Counted from the first letter of the stretch, positions 9,962 to 20,016 are shown. The stretch is DNA of 64,000 nt from Patescibacteria group bacterium UBA3466 (GCA_002378195.1 DFRJ01000002.1:129054-193053); one strand, 5' to 3'. Notes: generated by a model not told the origin, from the letters alone. Numbers and translations are program-made.

Positions 9962-10300
9962 ATGTCCGAGGTTATTGAGCCTGATCGTATCTTAATCACA
10001 TCTGATGAGATTGAGCACGAAAGGCCAAAGGGAGTACAAATCGCTCTCTCGGTTTGTCAGTGCTACGCGAGCGAGACTTTAGTATTTGTCACTGAACCCA
10101 CCCGCCAAGTGGCTAGTATACTAGATATGGCAGAGGAAGATCTTAAGCACAAAGCTATAGCAGCAATGCTGTCCGGAAATGATCAGATTGTGGGCTGCTT
10201 CAAGAGTCAGGATATTGGCGAAACCCGCCACGGGCAACTCGAAGCCATCACACCTTTCATTGCAAGAGCTTGTCACAGCTTCGAGATCATCTACGAATAG
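9962..10300 (+). CDS. Hypothetical protein, possibly a divergent ClpS-like fold
   Basis: GGAGGT SD before ATG 9962; own promoter and terminator; C-terminal GNDQIVGCFKSQDIGETR. Confidence 0.7.
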   Translation: MSEVIEPDRILITSDEIEHERPKGVQIALSVCQCYASETLVFVTEPTRQVASILDMAEEDLKHKAIAAMLSGNDQIVGCFKSQDIGETRHGQLEAITPFIARACHSFEIIYE

Positions 10301-10316
10301 CACACAACATTCATTC

Positions 10317-10344
10317 AACAGCTAACTAATCGTTAGCTGTTTTT
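10317..10344 (+). terminator. Intrinsic terminator
   Basis: aacagctaac-taatc-gttagctgtt followed by a T run. Confidence 0.8.
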
Positions 10345-10359
10345 GTTTGTGTGAGAGTT

Positions 10360-10423
10360 GTGGACAAAGTGGTTGCCAGTGGGGCAAAGTGTTATAGAAT
10401 GTATGAGTGGTGGGAGATAGTGG
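10360..10423 (+). promoter_or_regulatory. MraZ-binding GTGG repeats / dcw promoter region
   Basis: AGTGG, AGTGG, AGTGT at 10368, 10378, 10388 (10-bp period), further GTGG copies at 10407-10423, upstream of mraZ. Confidence 0.75.
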
Positions 10424-10451
10424 TATACTTTAGAAATAAAGTATACAGGGA

Positions 10452-10571
10452 GAGCTGGTTTCCAAACCCGCTACAACTCTCCACACAGAGGGGATAAAAT
10501 CTGAGGCCTGGATTACCAAAGTTTTCAGATTTCATTAACTCTGCTGTTGTAGACGGTTTGGAGATCAGCTC
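10452..10571 (+). ncRNA. Candidate structured RNA (120-nt rod) upstream of mraZ
   Basis: 17-bp closing stem with 2 G-U pairs plus nested 7-, 5- and about 10-bp stems. Confidence 0.55.
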
Positions 10572-10585
10572 GAGGCTATCAAGTT

Positions 10586-11020
10586 ATGTTAATCGGAGAA
10601 TACAAGCACACGTTGGATCCCAAGAAACGGCTGTCCTTGCCGTCCAAGTGGCGCAAGGAACTTGGGAAAAAGCTTGTAGTAACCCGAGGACTTGATAACT
10701 GTCTCTTTGTATATCCTCTGAATGAGTGGCAGAAGATAACCGATAAGGTTGGACAACTGCCACTTGGTCAGGCGGATACAAGAAGTTTCAATCGATTCTT
10801 CTTATCGGGAGCAGTAGAAGTGGAGGTAGATTCAGTTGGACGTATTCTCGTGCCAGATTTCTTGAAAGATTTTGGCCACTTGGACACAAAAGTAGTCCTT
10901 GCCGGCATTCACAATCGTATCGAGATTTGGGATGAGAAGAAATGGGAGACCTATAAACGCGGAATCGAAAAGCAAGCCGACTCGTTGGCAGAAAAGCTTG
11001 GAGAGATTGGCGTCCTATAA
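10586..11020 (+). CDS. mraZ: Division/cell wall cluster repressor MraZ
   Basis: DPKKRLSLP and DSVGRILVP repeats, IEIWD. Confidence 0.97.
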   Translation: MLIGEYKHTLDPKKRLSLPSKWRKELGKKLVVTRGLDNCLFVYPLNEWQKITDKVGQLPLGQADTRSFNRFFLSGAVEVEVDSVGRILVPDFLKDFGHLDTKVVLAGIHNRIEIWDEKKWETYKRGIEKQADSLAEKLGEIGVL

Positions 11021-11069
11021 TCTTTGCCTCACTCCACAATAGAGGCACCACAAAATAAATACCCTCCGT

Positions 11070-11969
11070 ATGCAACACACAACCGTATTACTGCACGAAG
11101 CAGTAGAAGGTCTAAATTTGTCACCAAGTGACACAGTCGTTGATGCAACGTTTGGTAGTGGAGGACACGCCAAGCTTATTTCGCAATCATTAAGTGAAGA
11201 CGGCTGTTATATCGGAATTGATGCAGATGCTACAGCTTTAGACAAAAGCAAGCTCGCAGGTGTTTCTCCACAAATTCACCTGATCAATGACAATTTCAGC
11301 AATATAACAAACATTCTAAGTTCTTTAGATATTGAGAAGGTTGATGCAATTTTGGCAGACCTGGGATGGAGAATGGAGCAATTTGCAGACGGCGAGAAAG
11401 GATTCTCGTTTATGCATGATGGTCCATTACATATGACATTTGGTGATCCAAATGAATATCCATTCACTGCGGAAGACATCATTAATGAGTGGGAAGAAGA
11501 CGTTATAGCAAATGTCATCTATGGCTATGCCGAAGAGCGTTTTGCTAGGCGAATTGCTAAAGCAATTGTTGAGGAACGAAAGACTGATCGCATTACCACT
11601 ACGACGAAGTTGGTTGAGGTGATCAAAAACGCTTTACCAAAAGCGGCATTACGATCAAAAACTCATCCTGCCACCAAAACCTTCCAAGCTTTACGGATCG
11701 CTGTTAATGACGAACTTACAGTCCTAGAAAAATTTATCAAGGAAGCATTTACTGCTCTTGATGAGGGAGGAAGACTAGCCATCATTAGCTTCCACAGTAT
11801 TGAAGATCGGATAGTAAAGCATTCCTTTCGAGAACTTAAAGACGCTGATATGGGCCAGTTGGTTACTAAAAAACCGATCGCTCCAGCTGCAGAAGAGCTA
11901 AAAACGAACCCAAGAGCCAGAAGTGCAAAATTGAGAATTATTGAAAAATTAGAAAATCATGAAAAATAG
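11070..11969 (+). CDS. rsmH: 16S rRNA m4C1402 methyltransferase
   Basis: HTTVLLHE, DATFGSGGH, FQALRIAVNDEL, SFHSIEDRIVK, NPRARSAKLR. Confidence 0.97.
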   Translation: MQHTTVLLHEAVEGLNLSPSDTVVDATFGSGGHAKLISQSLSEDGCYIGIDADATALDKSKLAGVSPQIHLINDNFSNITNILSSLDIEKVDAILADLGWRMEQFADGEKGFSFMHDGPLHMTFGDPNEYPFTAEDIINEWEEDVIANVIYGYAEERFARRIAKAIVEERKTDRITTTTKLVEVIKNALPKAALRSKTHPATKTFQALRIAVNDELTVLEKFIKEAFTALDEGGRLAIISFHSIEDRIVKHSFRELKDADMGQLVTKKPIAPAAEELKTNPRARSAKLRIIEKLENHEK

Positions 11970-12264
11970 TCGCGCAAAAATTAAAGCTTCAAACATAACC
12001 ATCGCTTGCGTTGGGTTGCTGATAAGTACAGTGGTGCTGTATTTATACTTCCTAAACATGTCAGTGGTGCAGGTTGTTATACGAACAGAGCATGTTCAAA
12101 AACAGCATAATTTAAATACTGAAATAGCTATGCTTGAAGCTACTTATATTGAGTCACAGCACAAGATTGCAAGTCGCATTGCTACACTTGAGGGTTACAA
12201 CAGCGATACACCAAAAGTTTTTGTTTCAAGAGACCAGGCTAGTTTGGTTTTGAGTAGTAACTAG
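11959..12264 (+). CDS. ftsL: Probable FtsL-like cell division protein
   Basis: TM plus coiled coil, located between rsmH and ftsI; positional call. Confidence 0.6.
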   Translation: MKNSRAKIKASNITIACVGLLISTVVLYLYFLNMSVVQVVIRTEHVQKQHNLNTEIAMLEATYIESQHKIASRIATLEGYNSDTPKVFVSRDQASLVLSSN

Positions 12265-12300
12265 CTTTGTTTGCTGACGTTCTTATCTTAAAATAAATCT

Positions 12301-14022
12301 ATGAAGCGTGACCAGCTTACTTTTAGAATCAGGCTACTGTCTGGCATTATTGTTTTAGGCGCTCTGTTAATAACAGCCCGTCTATATTTCATTCAAGTGG
12401 TTAGCGCTGATCATTATGCTGAAAAAGCCGAAAAGCAGTATGTGCACACCAAGACTGATTTGTATTCAAGGGGTTCTATTATGTTTACGACTAGAGATGG
12501 TGCGAAGCTATCTGCGGCGGCGATCCAGAGCGGCTTTGTGCTCGCTGCCAACCCAAACCATCTGACCATTCCACCTAGCGAATTTTGCGAGTCACTCTCT
12601 GATTACATTGAGACATCGCTCGAACGGTGTACTGAACGCATCTCTACACCGGGTCGAGTTTATGTTGAGTTAGCTAGTCGCATAAGCAACGATGAAGCGG
12701 ATGAAATTGAGTTGCTAAATATTGACGGTGCTCTTTTGTATAAAAATCAGTGGCGTTATTATCCAGGTGGCTCCTTAGCGGCTCGGTCCATTGGTTTTGT
12801 TGGTTTTACTGACGATGGGGTAGAGCTGAGAGGAAAGTATGGTCTCGAGCGACAGTATGACAGTACCTTGTTTGAGAAACGGCAAGTATTATCGGTTAAT
12901 TTTTTTGCCGAGCTGTTTAGTAACTTGGGCGAGCTAGTTTATCGCAAGGAAGAAAATAAAAGTGGTGACATTGTGACGACCTTAGAGCCGTCTGTGTCAC
13001 GCATGCTGGATACTGTCTTGTTGGAAACTAATGAAAAATATGAGAGTAAGCTTACTGGCGCAATTGTGATGCGACCAGACACGGGAGAGATCGTGGCCAT
13101 GAATGCCGTGCCCGGTTTTGACCTTAATGACCGTAGTGGCGCAACAATAGATCAGTTCCAGAATCCACTAGTGGAGAATGTGTATGAGTTTGGTTCAACG
13201 ATTAAGGCACTGACCATGGCAGCTGGGTTAGATTCAGGTGCAATTGTACCGTCCACCACCTACTACGATTCAGGTTCTATTGAACTAGATACTTTCACTA
13301 TCAGAAACTTCGATGGTCGGGGTAGAGGTACCGTACCGATGCAGGAAGTCTTGAATCAGTCTTTGAACACAGGCGTATCGTTCATCGTGCAAGAGATGGG
13401 TAAGGATGAGTTTCGTGACTATTTTAAAGGTTTTAAATTGGGAAGTGAAACAGGTATAGATTTACCAAATGAAGCCCATGGCTTGGTCGATAACCTTGAT
13501 TCGCCTCGTGATGTTGAGTATGCAACAGCTTCATTTGGACAAGGTATTGCTATGACACCAATTGCAGCCACTAGAGCTTTGGCTACCCTTGGTAACGGGG
13601 GAAAATTAGTGACCCCGCATCTAGTAACGGAAATTCAATATAATAATGGTGACGTCAAAGAAATAAATTACCCTGACGGAAAGAATGTATTGACTGCCGA
13701 AACCAGTGAAGAGATATCTCGCATGTTAGTTAATGTGGTTGATGATGCTTTAAAAGGAGGGAAGGTGGCCTTGCCAAATCATACGATTGGAGCAAAGACC
13801 GGTACAGCTCAGATCCCAGATCCGGTTAACGGTGGTTACTATGAAGACAAGTTCCTACACTCATTTTTTGGCTATTTTCCAGCTTTTGAGCCAGAATTTA
13901 TCGTTTTCATGTATACTGTAGAGCCACAAGGTGTGCGCTATGCGTCTGAGACGTTGACCGACCCATTTATGGATATTACTAAGTTTTTGATCAACTATTA
14001 TTCAATTCCGCCTGACCGTTAG
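12301..14022 (+). CDS. ftsI: Division transpeptidase FtsI/PBP3
   Basis: GSTIK, SLN, KTGTAQ motifs; dcw context. Confidence 0.88.
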   Translation: MKRDQLTFRIRLLSGIIVLGALLITARLYFIQVVSADHYAEKAEKQYVHTKTDLYSRGSIMFTTRDGAKLSAAAIQSGFVLAANPNHLTIPPSEFCESLSDYIETSLERCTERISTPGRVYVELASRISNDEADEIELLNIDGALLYKNQWRYYPGGSLAARSIGFVGFTDDGVELRGKYGLERQYDSTLFEKRQVLSVNFFAELFSNLGELVYRKEENKSGDIVTTLEPSVSRMLDTVLLETNEKYESKLTGAIVMRPDTGEIVAMNAVPGFDLNDRSGATIDQFQNPLVENVYEFGSTIKALTMAAGLDSGAIVPSTTYYDSGSIELDTFTIRNFDGRGRGTVPMQEVLNQSLNTGVSFIVQEMGKDEFRDYFKGFKLGSETGIDLPNEAHGLVDNLDSPRDVEYATASFGQGIAMTPIAATRALATLGNGGKLVTPHLVTEIQYNNGDVKEINYPDGKNVLTAETSEEISRMLVNVVDDALKGGKVALPNHTIGAKTGTAQIPDPVNGGYYEDKFLHSFFGYFPAFEPEFIVFMYTVEPQGVRYASETLTDPFMDITKFLINYYSIPPDR

Positions 14023-14025
14023 AGT

Positions 14026-15318
14026 ATGAAAGATCTATTTAAATCAGTTGTTGTTAAGGTGCTAACTTTCGAGGCTAAGCTAATTCTAAAGCGGCACAAG
14101 CCGCGTATCATTGCTGTGACTGGTAGTGTTGGAAAAACATCAACTAAGGATGCGATTTATACTGCTATAAAGAATAACGTTTACACCAGAAAGAGCCAAA
14201 AAAGTTTTAATTCTGAGATCGGCGTACCGTTAACCGTGCTCGGCTTACCAAACCGCTGGAGCAACCCAGTTTTGTGGTTGAAGAATTTAGTCGATGGCTT
14301 GTTTGCTTGTTTGTTCTCGAAAAGCTACCCAGAGGTTTTGGTACTCGAAACCGGAATTGACCGCAAAGGGGACATGGATCAACTAACTCGTTGGCTTAAG
14401 CCAGATATTGTAGTGCTAACCCGACTACCCGAAGTGCCGGTGCACGTAGAATACTTTTCATCACCAGACGAGGTGGTTGAAGAGAAAATGAAAATAGTAT
14501 CAGCCATGCCACCCGATGGTGTTTTGGTGTACAACCATGACGACACCATTATTAAGAATCAATTGCCTGATGTGCTGCAGAAGCAGGTCGGTTTTGGTCG
14601 CTATTTAGATACTGACTTTACTGCTCGAGCTGACAAAGTTTTTTACAAAGATGACCAGCCGATGGGAGTTGAGTTCAAGGTGTCACATATGGGAGCTGAG
14701 CATAAAGTGGCAATTGGTGGCACGGTCGGTACGCAACATGTCTATTCTTGTGTAGCAGCTCTAGCTGTTGCTGACACCCTTTCAGTACCACTTGCTAGTG
14801 CCGCTGAATCGTTGCTTTCCTTAGAAACTCCACCGGGCCGCATGCGAATCGTGCCGGCCATCAAATCAAGTATCATCATTGATGAAACATACAACTCTTC
14901 ACCAATTGCCTGTGAGCAAGCCCTACAAGCTCTAAATGAAGTTAAGTACGCCAAACGACGAATCGCTATTCTGGGGGACATGCTGGAACTAGGTAAGTTT
15001 TCTGTGGCGGAACACAAAAGAATTGGGGGGTTGGTGCCAGATGCGTGCGATATTTTGTTTACCGTCGGCGTACGAGCGCGAGATTTTGCTGATGGGGCGC
15101 TAAATGCTGGTATGTCTGAAAAGAATATAAGACAATACGACGATGTAGCTCGAGCTGGTCGAGAATTACAGAATTTTCTTGAGCCAGGTGATGTAGTGCT
15201 GGTTAAAGCCTCGCAAGGTATAAGAGCAGAACGGATCGTGGAAGAGGTTATGAGCCAGCCCGAACAGGCGGTAGACATTTTGGTACGCCAAGACTCAGCT
15301 TGGAAAAATATTGCTTAA
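14026..15318 (+). CDS. murF: UDP-MurNAc-tripeptide--D-Ala-D-Ala ligase
   Basis: TGSVGKTSTK, FNSEIGVPLT, ETYNSSP, LGDMLELG, LVKASQG. Confidence 0.92.
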   Translation: MKDLFKSVVVKVLTFEAKLILKRHKPRIIAVTGSVGKTSTKDAIYTAIKNNVYTRKSQKSFNSEIGVPLTVLGLPNRWSNPVLWLKNLVDGLFACLFSKSYPEVLVLETGIDRKGDMDQLTRWLKPDIVVLTRLPEVPVHVEYFSSPDEVVEEKMKIVSAMPPDGVLVYNHDDTIIKNQLPDVLQKQVGFGRYLDTDFTARADKVFYKDDQPMGVEFKVSHMGAEHKVAIGGTVGTQHVYSCVAALAVADTLSVPLASAAESLLSLETPPGRMRIVPAIKSSIIIDETYNSSPIACEQALQALNEVKYAKRRIAILGDMLELGKFSVAEHKRIGGLVPDACDILFTVGVRARDFADGALNAGMSEKNIRQYDDVARAGRELQNFLEPGDVVLVKASQGIRAERIVEEVMSQPEQAVDILVRQDSAWKNIA

Positions 15319-15347
15319 TTTTCAATCTGTGGCATAGTAAGGGCAAT

Positions 15348-16211
15348 ATGAAATTGTCAAATACAGTAAGGAATCTTGCGGCGGTATTTTTGGTGGTTGG
15401 TATGCTTGTGCAGCCAGCCACTGCTTTCGCCGACAATCAATCAACTTTTAACAGTCTATCTCAGTCAGAGAAGATTGCTTATTTGTTGGGTATGATCGCT
15501 CAGCTGCAGGACATGCTAGACCGCAGTTATGACAACAATTACTATTATTATTCAGACGCTCGCGTTGTGTCCGTGCGGTCGGGAAATTCTAATAGTCGCA
15601 GCTCATCGAGACTTATCGATGTGGAGACACTTTCAGCTACAAATATTAGAGATGATGAAGCTAAGTTGAGAGGCGAACTTGACCTAGACGGTGAGGATGA
15701 AGCACTAGTTTGGTTTGAATATGGTGAAGACGATGACGATCTAGATGATCGCACAGCCAAGCGTCGGGTGACTGATTCGCGTGGAGATGACGTTAGCTTC
15801 ACTGCTACTATTGAGGATCTTGATGAAGATGAGAAATATTACTTCCGGGCGGTAGCCGAAGACGAAGATGGTGATCGAGAGTACGGACGCATTCGCTCAT
15901 TTACCACCGATGATGATGATCGAAATAGTTACGACTATTCCTTAACTATCAGTGATCGTTCTGTTGATGAAGATGATTGGGTTGAGGTTGATTGGGAATT
16001 GCCACGTAGAGAAGAGGGGAGAGATAACTGGATCGGTCTTTACGAAAGAGGTGATGACAATGATGAGTATATACATTACGAATACTTAGAAGATGATGAT
16101 CACGGAACAGTAACTTTCCAAATGAGAGAGCGGGGAACTTTTGAATTTCGCCTATTCCTAGATAATAGTTATGATGATGAAATTACTAGTGCTCGAGTAG
16201 AGGTTGATTAG
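15348..16211 (+). CDS. Secreted acidic protein with fibronectin type III-like / Ig-like domains
   Basis: Signal peptide (ATAFA), T.SATNI...VWFEYG...YYFRAVA pattern, very Asp/Glu-rich. Confidence 0.7.
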   Translation: MKLSNTVRNLAAVFLVVGMLVQPATAFADNQSTFNSLSQSEKIAYLLGMIAQLQDMLDRSYDNNYYYYSDARVVSVRSGNSNSRSSSRLIDVETLSATNIRDDEAKLRGELDLDGEDEALVWFEYGEDDDDLDDRTAKRRVTDSRGDDVSFTATIEDLDEDEKYYFRAVAEDEDGDREYGRIRSFTTDDDDRNSYDYSLTISDRSVDEDDWVEVDWELPRREEGRDNWIGLYERGDDNDEYIHYEYLEDDDHGTVTFQMRERGTFEFRLFLDNSYDDEITSARVEVD

Positions 16212-16217
16212 AGGTTA

Positions 16218-16252
16218 AAAAAGAGGCGCCGGCAAAGCCGGCGCCTCTTTTT
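16218..16252. terminator. Bidirectional terminator
   Basis: aaaaagaggcgccggc-aaa-gccggcgcctcttttt between convergent genes. Confidence 0.9.
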
Positions 16253-17252
16253 AAACATCAAATATATCTGATGCTGCTTTTTCTAAACGATTCATTATGG
16301 CATGTCCCATGTCTTCATAGGAATATCCCTGAATTACAATTTTATCGACGGACTGACGGTCGATGGTTCTAAGTAGGTTGAATATTTCCGGACCCGCCTC
16401 AAAGGGATTTGCAGGGAGGCGAATTATTAGATCCGATTCAGTGAGTTTGGCAGTGTGATACAAAATAGCGGTTTTATGATCATTGGTATGCTTGATCAGA
16501 GCGGCGGCAGTGTCTTTAGTAGAACCTCGGTATAAGATAATTGGTGCTTCTGTGGCGTAGTGTCGGTACTTCATACCGGGCGACACTGCTTTATCGCCAG
16601 CTTCTACGTTGCGTACATTGGGTAGTAATTCCTGTATCATTTCAAGTGTAATGGAACCAGGGCGCAATATCACTGGTTGTTTTTGAGTGCAGTCAATCAC
16701 GGTGGATTCTAGTCCATACTCTATTGGTCCACCGTCTAGGATGAGCGGTATCTGACCGTCCATGTCTTCGAGTACGTGTTCGGCTCTGGTGGGGCTAACT
16801 TTACCTGAGGTGTTGGCAGAGGGAGCCACAATGGGCGAACCTAGATGTGTAATGAGGGCTCTAGCAACCGCATGGTCTGGCATTCTGACTACAACCGTAT
16901 CCAGTCCGGTCAGAGCACTAGAGTCTAAGTCAGGGTGACGATTGAAGACAATACTAAGCGGTCCTGGCCAAAATTTTTCCATTAGCTTCTTGGCTGACTT
17001 GGGTATTTTATCGACAACAATTTTAAGCTGAGTGAGGTCGCTTATATGAACAATAAGCGGATTGTCCGACGGTCTATTTTTGGCACGATAAATTTTCTTG
17101 ATCGCCGTGTCGTTAAATAAGTCTGCACCCAGGCCGTAGACTGTTTCAGTCGGAAAGGCTACGATTTGACCGCGTTTTAATTTGTTTGCGGCATACTTAA
17201 CAAGCTCAGATTCTTGTTTCGGATCTACAATTTTTATTACTTCAGTTCTCAT
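16251..17252 (-). CDS. sua5: Threonylcarbamoyl-AMP synthase Sua5/TsaC2
   Basis: FPTETVYGLGAD, KNRPSDNPLIVH, APSANTSG, SPGMKYRHYA. Confidence 0.95.
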   Translation of the reverse strand: MRTEVIKIVDPKQESELVKYAANKLKRGQIVAFPTETVYGLGADLFNDTAIKKIYRAKNRPSDNPLIVHISDLTQLKIVVDKIPKSAKKLMEKFWPGPLSIVFNRHPDLDSSALTGLDTVVVRMPDHAVARALITHLGSPIVAPSANTSGKVSPTRAEHVLEDMDGQIPLILDGGPIEYGLESTVIDCTQKQPVILRPGSITLEMIQELLPNVRNVEAGDKAVSPGMKYRHYATEAPIILYRGSTKDTAAALIKHTNDHKTAILYHTAKLTESDLIIRLPANPFEAGPEIFNLLRTIDRQSVDKIVIQGYSYEDMGHAIMNRLEKAASDIFDV

Positions 17253-17350
17253 TAGCCTAACCAGTTTGCCAATTATGGATAAAAACGCAAGTAGTATTAA
17301 GGTTGGGTATAACGATTAAAAATTTGTTCAATTTTTATTAGAATGAAGGT

Positions 17351-18769
17351 ATGCCAACAAAACTATTTACCACTAAATTGGTGGTCCTAATATCAGCTGC
17401 GGTGATTATGACTGTCGCCATCGCAGTGCTGGTGTTTGGCGGAGTCGGTGAGCGTATAAATGCCACTCAAACTGGTGAAGGTGCTGAACAGCTAACCACC
17501 GGAGACTTAAACCCTGGAGTGACTGAGACCGAATTTGATGCTGGTGTATCTATTAACGAGCCAGATCCTATATCAGCTGAAGTGTTTGATTACGGTGATG
17601 TGATTGTGACGCAGTATGAATATGGTGGCAATCCGGCTCCATACGGGGGTGAAGGAGAAGACTACGAGGCTTTCCGGCGGGCGCAGCTTGGTTTGGGGCC
17701 AGAAGATCCTTTGCCAAGCGGCTATTCATATACGGCACCAGCTTATGATCCAGTTTATTCGAGGGAAACATATAATTACGAACTGACACCAGAGCAGCAA
17801 GCGATCTTTGATGAATACAGTGCGTTATTTGAGTCCGGAGCTCTCTCAGCCGAAGACTTCAACCTCACCCCAGAGCAACAGGCTCAGGTGGATGAGTTTA
17901 GCAGTTCGCACCAGCCGTCCCCATCACCTCTGGCGCTTAGTCGAGAAGAAATATTAGAGTTGGCTTACACTGGAGAGTTGGATGATTTCTTTCTTGATAA
18001 TTACCTTGGTGATGAGCAGGAGCTAACCCCTGAACAAAAAGCCTTTTTTGCCAACATGGCGACGAATCCGAGTCAGTTCGCGAGTGCGGAAGATCTAAGA
18101 GCCGTTTCAAATGATATTTACGAGATGTTTTATGCCCCTAAGCCTCTGCCGTTTTCAATCGGCGGACCAAGTTGTGGGACTGCTGCATCTGGAAATTTTA
18201 GTTCTGCCGAAGAAATGTTTGATACCTTGAAGAAAAGTGAAACTTACGTTTGTGTCGGCAAGAAGCAGGTGCATGGTTGTCAGCCTTCCAGTGTGTCGTC
18301 ATCTGACGGCACTTCCTTCCACGTCCAAGAAGCGCCAGGTTTTGGTTGTTCATATGCTATTGAAACCAATATCAACGATACGGTTGTAGTGTGCCCGTTT
18401 AGAATTAGTGATTCGTTGCTCGAACAGCTGGAAGAGCTTGGTATTAAAAGGGGTGATGCAGTAGAAGAGTTGGCTGATAAGGTGGCTGAGTTGAGTTCGA
18501 CCGAATCGGCTCTGTCTGCTGCTCGAGCAGATCTTAAGGCTGCTCAAGATAGCTTAGAAGCAGCCGAGGGGGCTGAAGAAATCGCTGCTCTGCAAACAGA
18601 AGTGAATGATCTCGAGGCGATTGTATTAGCCCTAGAGTTAAGGGTTGAAGAGATAAATAAGGAGATCGAAGAAATTGACGAACTGACTGATGAGACTTAT
18701 GCCTTAATCGCATTAACAGCAGACAGCGGTACAGATTGCGGCTATTATTCTTTACCAGCAGAAGATTAA
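17351..18769 (+). CDS. Membrane-anchored hypothetical surface protein
   Basis: N-terminal TM, three LTPEQ repeats, Cys-rich segment, acidic coiled coil. Confidence 0.75.
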   Translation: MPTKLFTTKLVVLISAAVIMTVAIAVLVFGGVGERINATQTGEGAEQLTTGDLNPGVTETEFDAGVSINEPDPISAEVFDYGDVIVTQYEYGGNPAPYGGEGEDYEAFRRAQLGLGPEDPLPSGYSYTAPAYDPVYSRETYNYELTPEQQAIFDEYSALFESGALSAEDFNLTPEQQAQVDEFSSSHQPSPSPLALSREEILELAYTGELDDFFLDNYLGDEQELTPEQKAFFANMATNPSQFASAEDLRAVSNDIYEMFYAPKPLPFSIGGPSCGTAASGNFSSAEEMFDTLKKSETYVCVGKKQVHGCQPSSVSSSDGTSFHVQEAPGFGCSYAIETNINDTVVVCPFRISDSLLEQLEELGIKRGDAVEELADKVAELSSTESALSAARADLKAAQDSLEAAEGAEEIAALQTEVNDLEAIVLALELRVEEINKEIEEIDELTDETYALIALTADSGTDCGYYSLPAED

Positions 18770-20016
18770 TTAATTGGCCTAAAAGTCAACTCATTATTCG
18801 AGTCTTGCAGCAGGCAGTACTCGCTATAACCAGCTGCTGCGAGTTCGGTTAGCTGTTGTGTCATATTTTTTCTTTGTTTTTGCACGGACACGATGCTGGT
18901 GTTCTTTCGCTCATTGCGGGCTATTTCAAGAACCTCTGTGTCGGTCATGGTGTCTGCATAGATAACAACTTTTTTAGTTGGTTGTTCATTAAGTGTAGCG
19001 CGCTCTTTTAAGATTGTGATAATTCTCTCAAAGCCGATTGAGAAACCGCAGGCTGGTACTGATTCTCGTAGATATTTACCAATCATATTGTCGTAACGGC
19101 CACCACCGGCAATAGACGACGATAGTTCGTTAGCTGATATTTCAAAAATTGCACCGGTGTAGTAACCCATGCCTCGCACCAAAGTAGGGTCAAAGACAAT
19201 GCTGCAGCCTTCGGGTAGAGTAGCTTTAACCGCTTCAATTATATCGTTCACTTCTGTTAGTACTGGTGTGCATTCAGCTGGGAGCTGGTTTGTATTATTT
19301 AAATAACTTGCTAGTGTCGCAACAGCGTCTTCATTAGAAAAAGTCTTATTTAGTTCAGCAATCACTCCGTCCATTCCAATTTTGTCCAACTTATCGATGA
19401 TGATAAAGACTTGATCATACTGATCTTCACCGAAGCCGCTGGCCGCCGCTAGACTTTGAAGAATACGTCTATCATTTACTCTAATCGTAAAGTCATCAAA
19501 ACCAATATTACCTAAGGCGTCTGCAGTCGCCATGATGAGCTCCTTCTCTGCAATGGTGGACGCTTCACCAATAATATCTATGTCGCATTGGGTAAATTGA
19601 CGATAACGACCTTTTTGTTGTCTTTCAGCTCGAAATACACTACCGGTTTGAATAGACTTAAAAGGAGAGGGGAGCAGGGCTTGGTTGTTGGCGTAATAGC
19701 GAGCCAAAGGCACAGTTAGATCAAAACGTAATCCGCCGTCTGCCAGATCAAAAGCTTGTTCTGCTTGCTGGATATCTTCAGCTGCCAGTCCACGCTTCAT
19801 GACCGGAAAGATTAATTTTTCATTGTCGGCCCCTTCGCCGGTGGTGAGAAGTTCTTTGCGCTCCACCACAGGTGTTTCTACTTCGGAAAAACCATAGCTA
19901 GTGTACACATCAAGAATCTTTGTCATGACCGCTCGGCGCAGCGACACTTCATCCGGAAGCAGGTCTCGCATGCCGCGCATTGGCACAGCTGATACTTTGT
20001 CTTTATTTTCGCTCAT
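18766..20016 (-). CDS. hisS: Histidyl-tRNA synthetase
   Basis: RGMRD, LRFDLTVPLARY, GRYRQFTQCD, LVRGMGYYTG, GGGRYD, GFSIGFER. Confidence 0.97.
   Translation of the reverse strand: MSENKDKVSAVPMRGMRDLLPDEVSLRRAVMTKILDVYTSYGFSEVETPVVERKELLTTGEGADNEKLIFPVMKRGLAAEDIQQAEQAFDLADGGLRFDLTVPLARYYANNQALLPSPFKSIQTGSVFRAERQQKGRYRQFTQCDIDIIGEASTIAEKELIMATADALGNIGFDDFTIRVNDRRILQSLAAASGFGEDQYDQVFIIIDKLDKIGMDGVIAELNKTFSNEDAVATLASYLNNTNQLPAECTPVLTEVNDIIEAVKATLPEGCSIVFDPTLVRGMGYYTGAIFEISANELSSSIAGGGRYDNMIGKYLRESVPACGFSIGFERIITILKERATLNEQPTKKVVIYADTMTDTEVLEIARNERKNTSIVSVQKQRKNMTQQLTELAAAGYSEYCLLQDSNNELTFRPIN

Noticed and set aside
10452-10571. SRP (4.5S) RNA or intrinsic terminator
   Set aside because: No GNRA-capped helix-8 motif was recognised and there is no U-tail; kept only as an unknown structured RNA
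14742-15278. 178-aa antisense ORF, and the many other 60-150 aa antisense or overlapping ORFs in the track
   Set aside because: They are shadows of well-supported genes on the opposite strand or frame and carry no recognisable motifs
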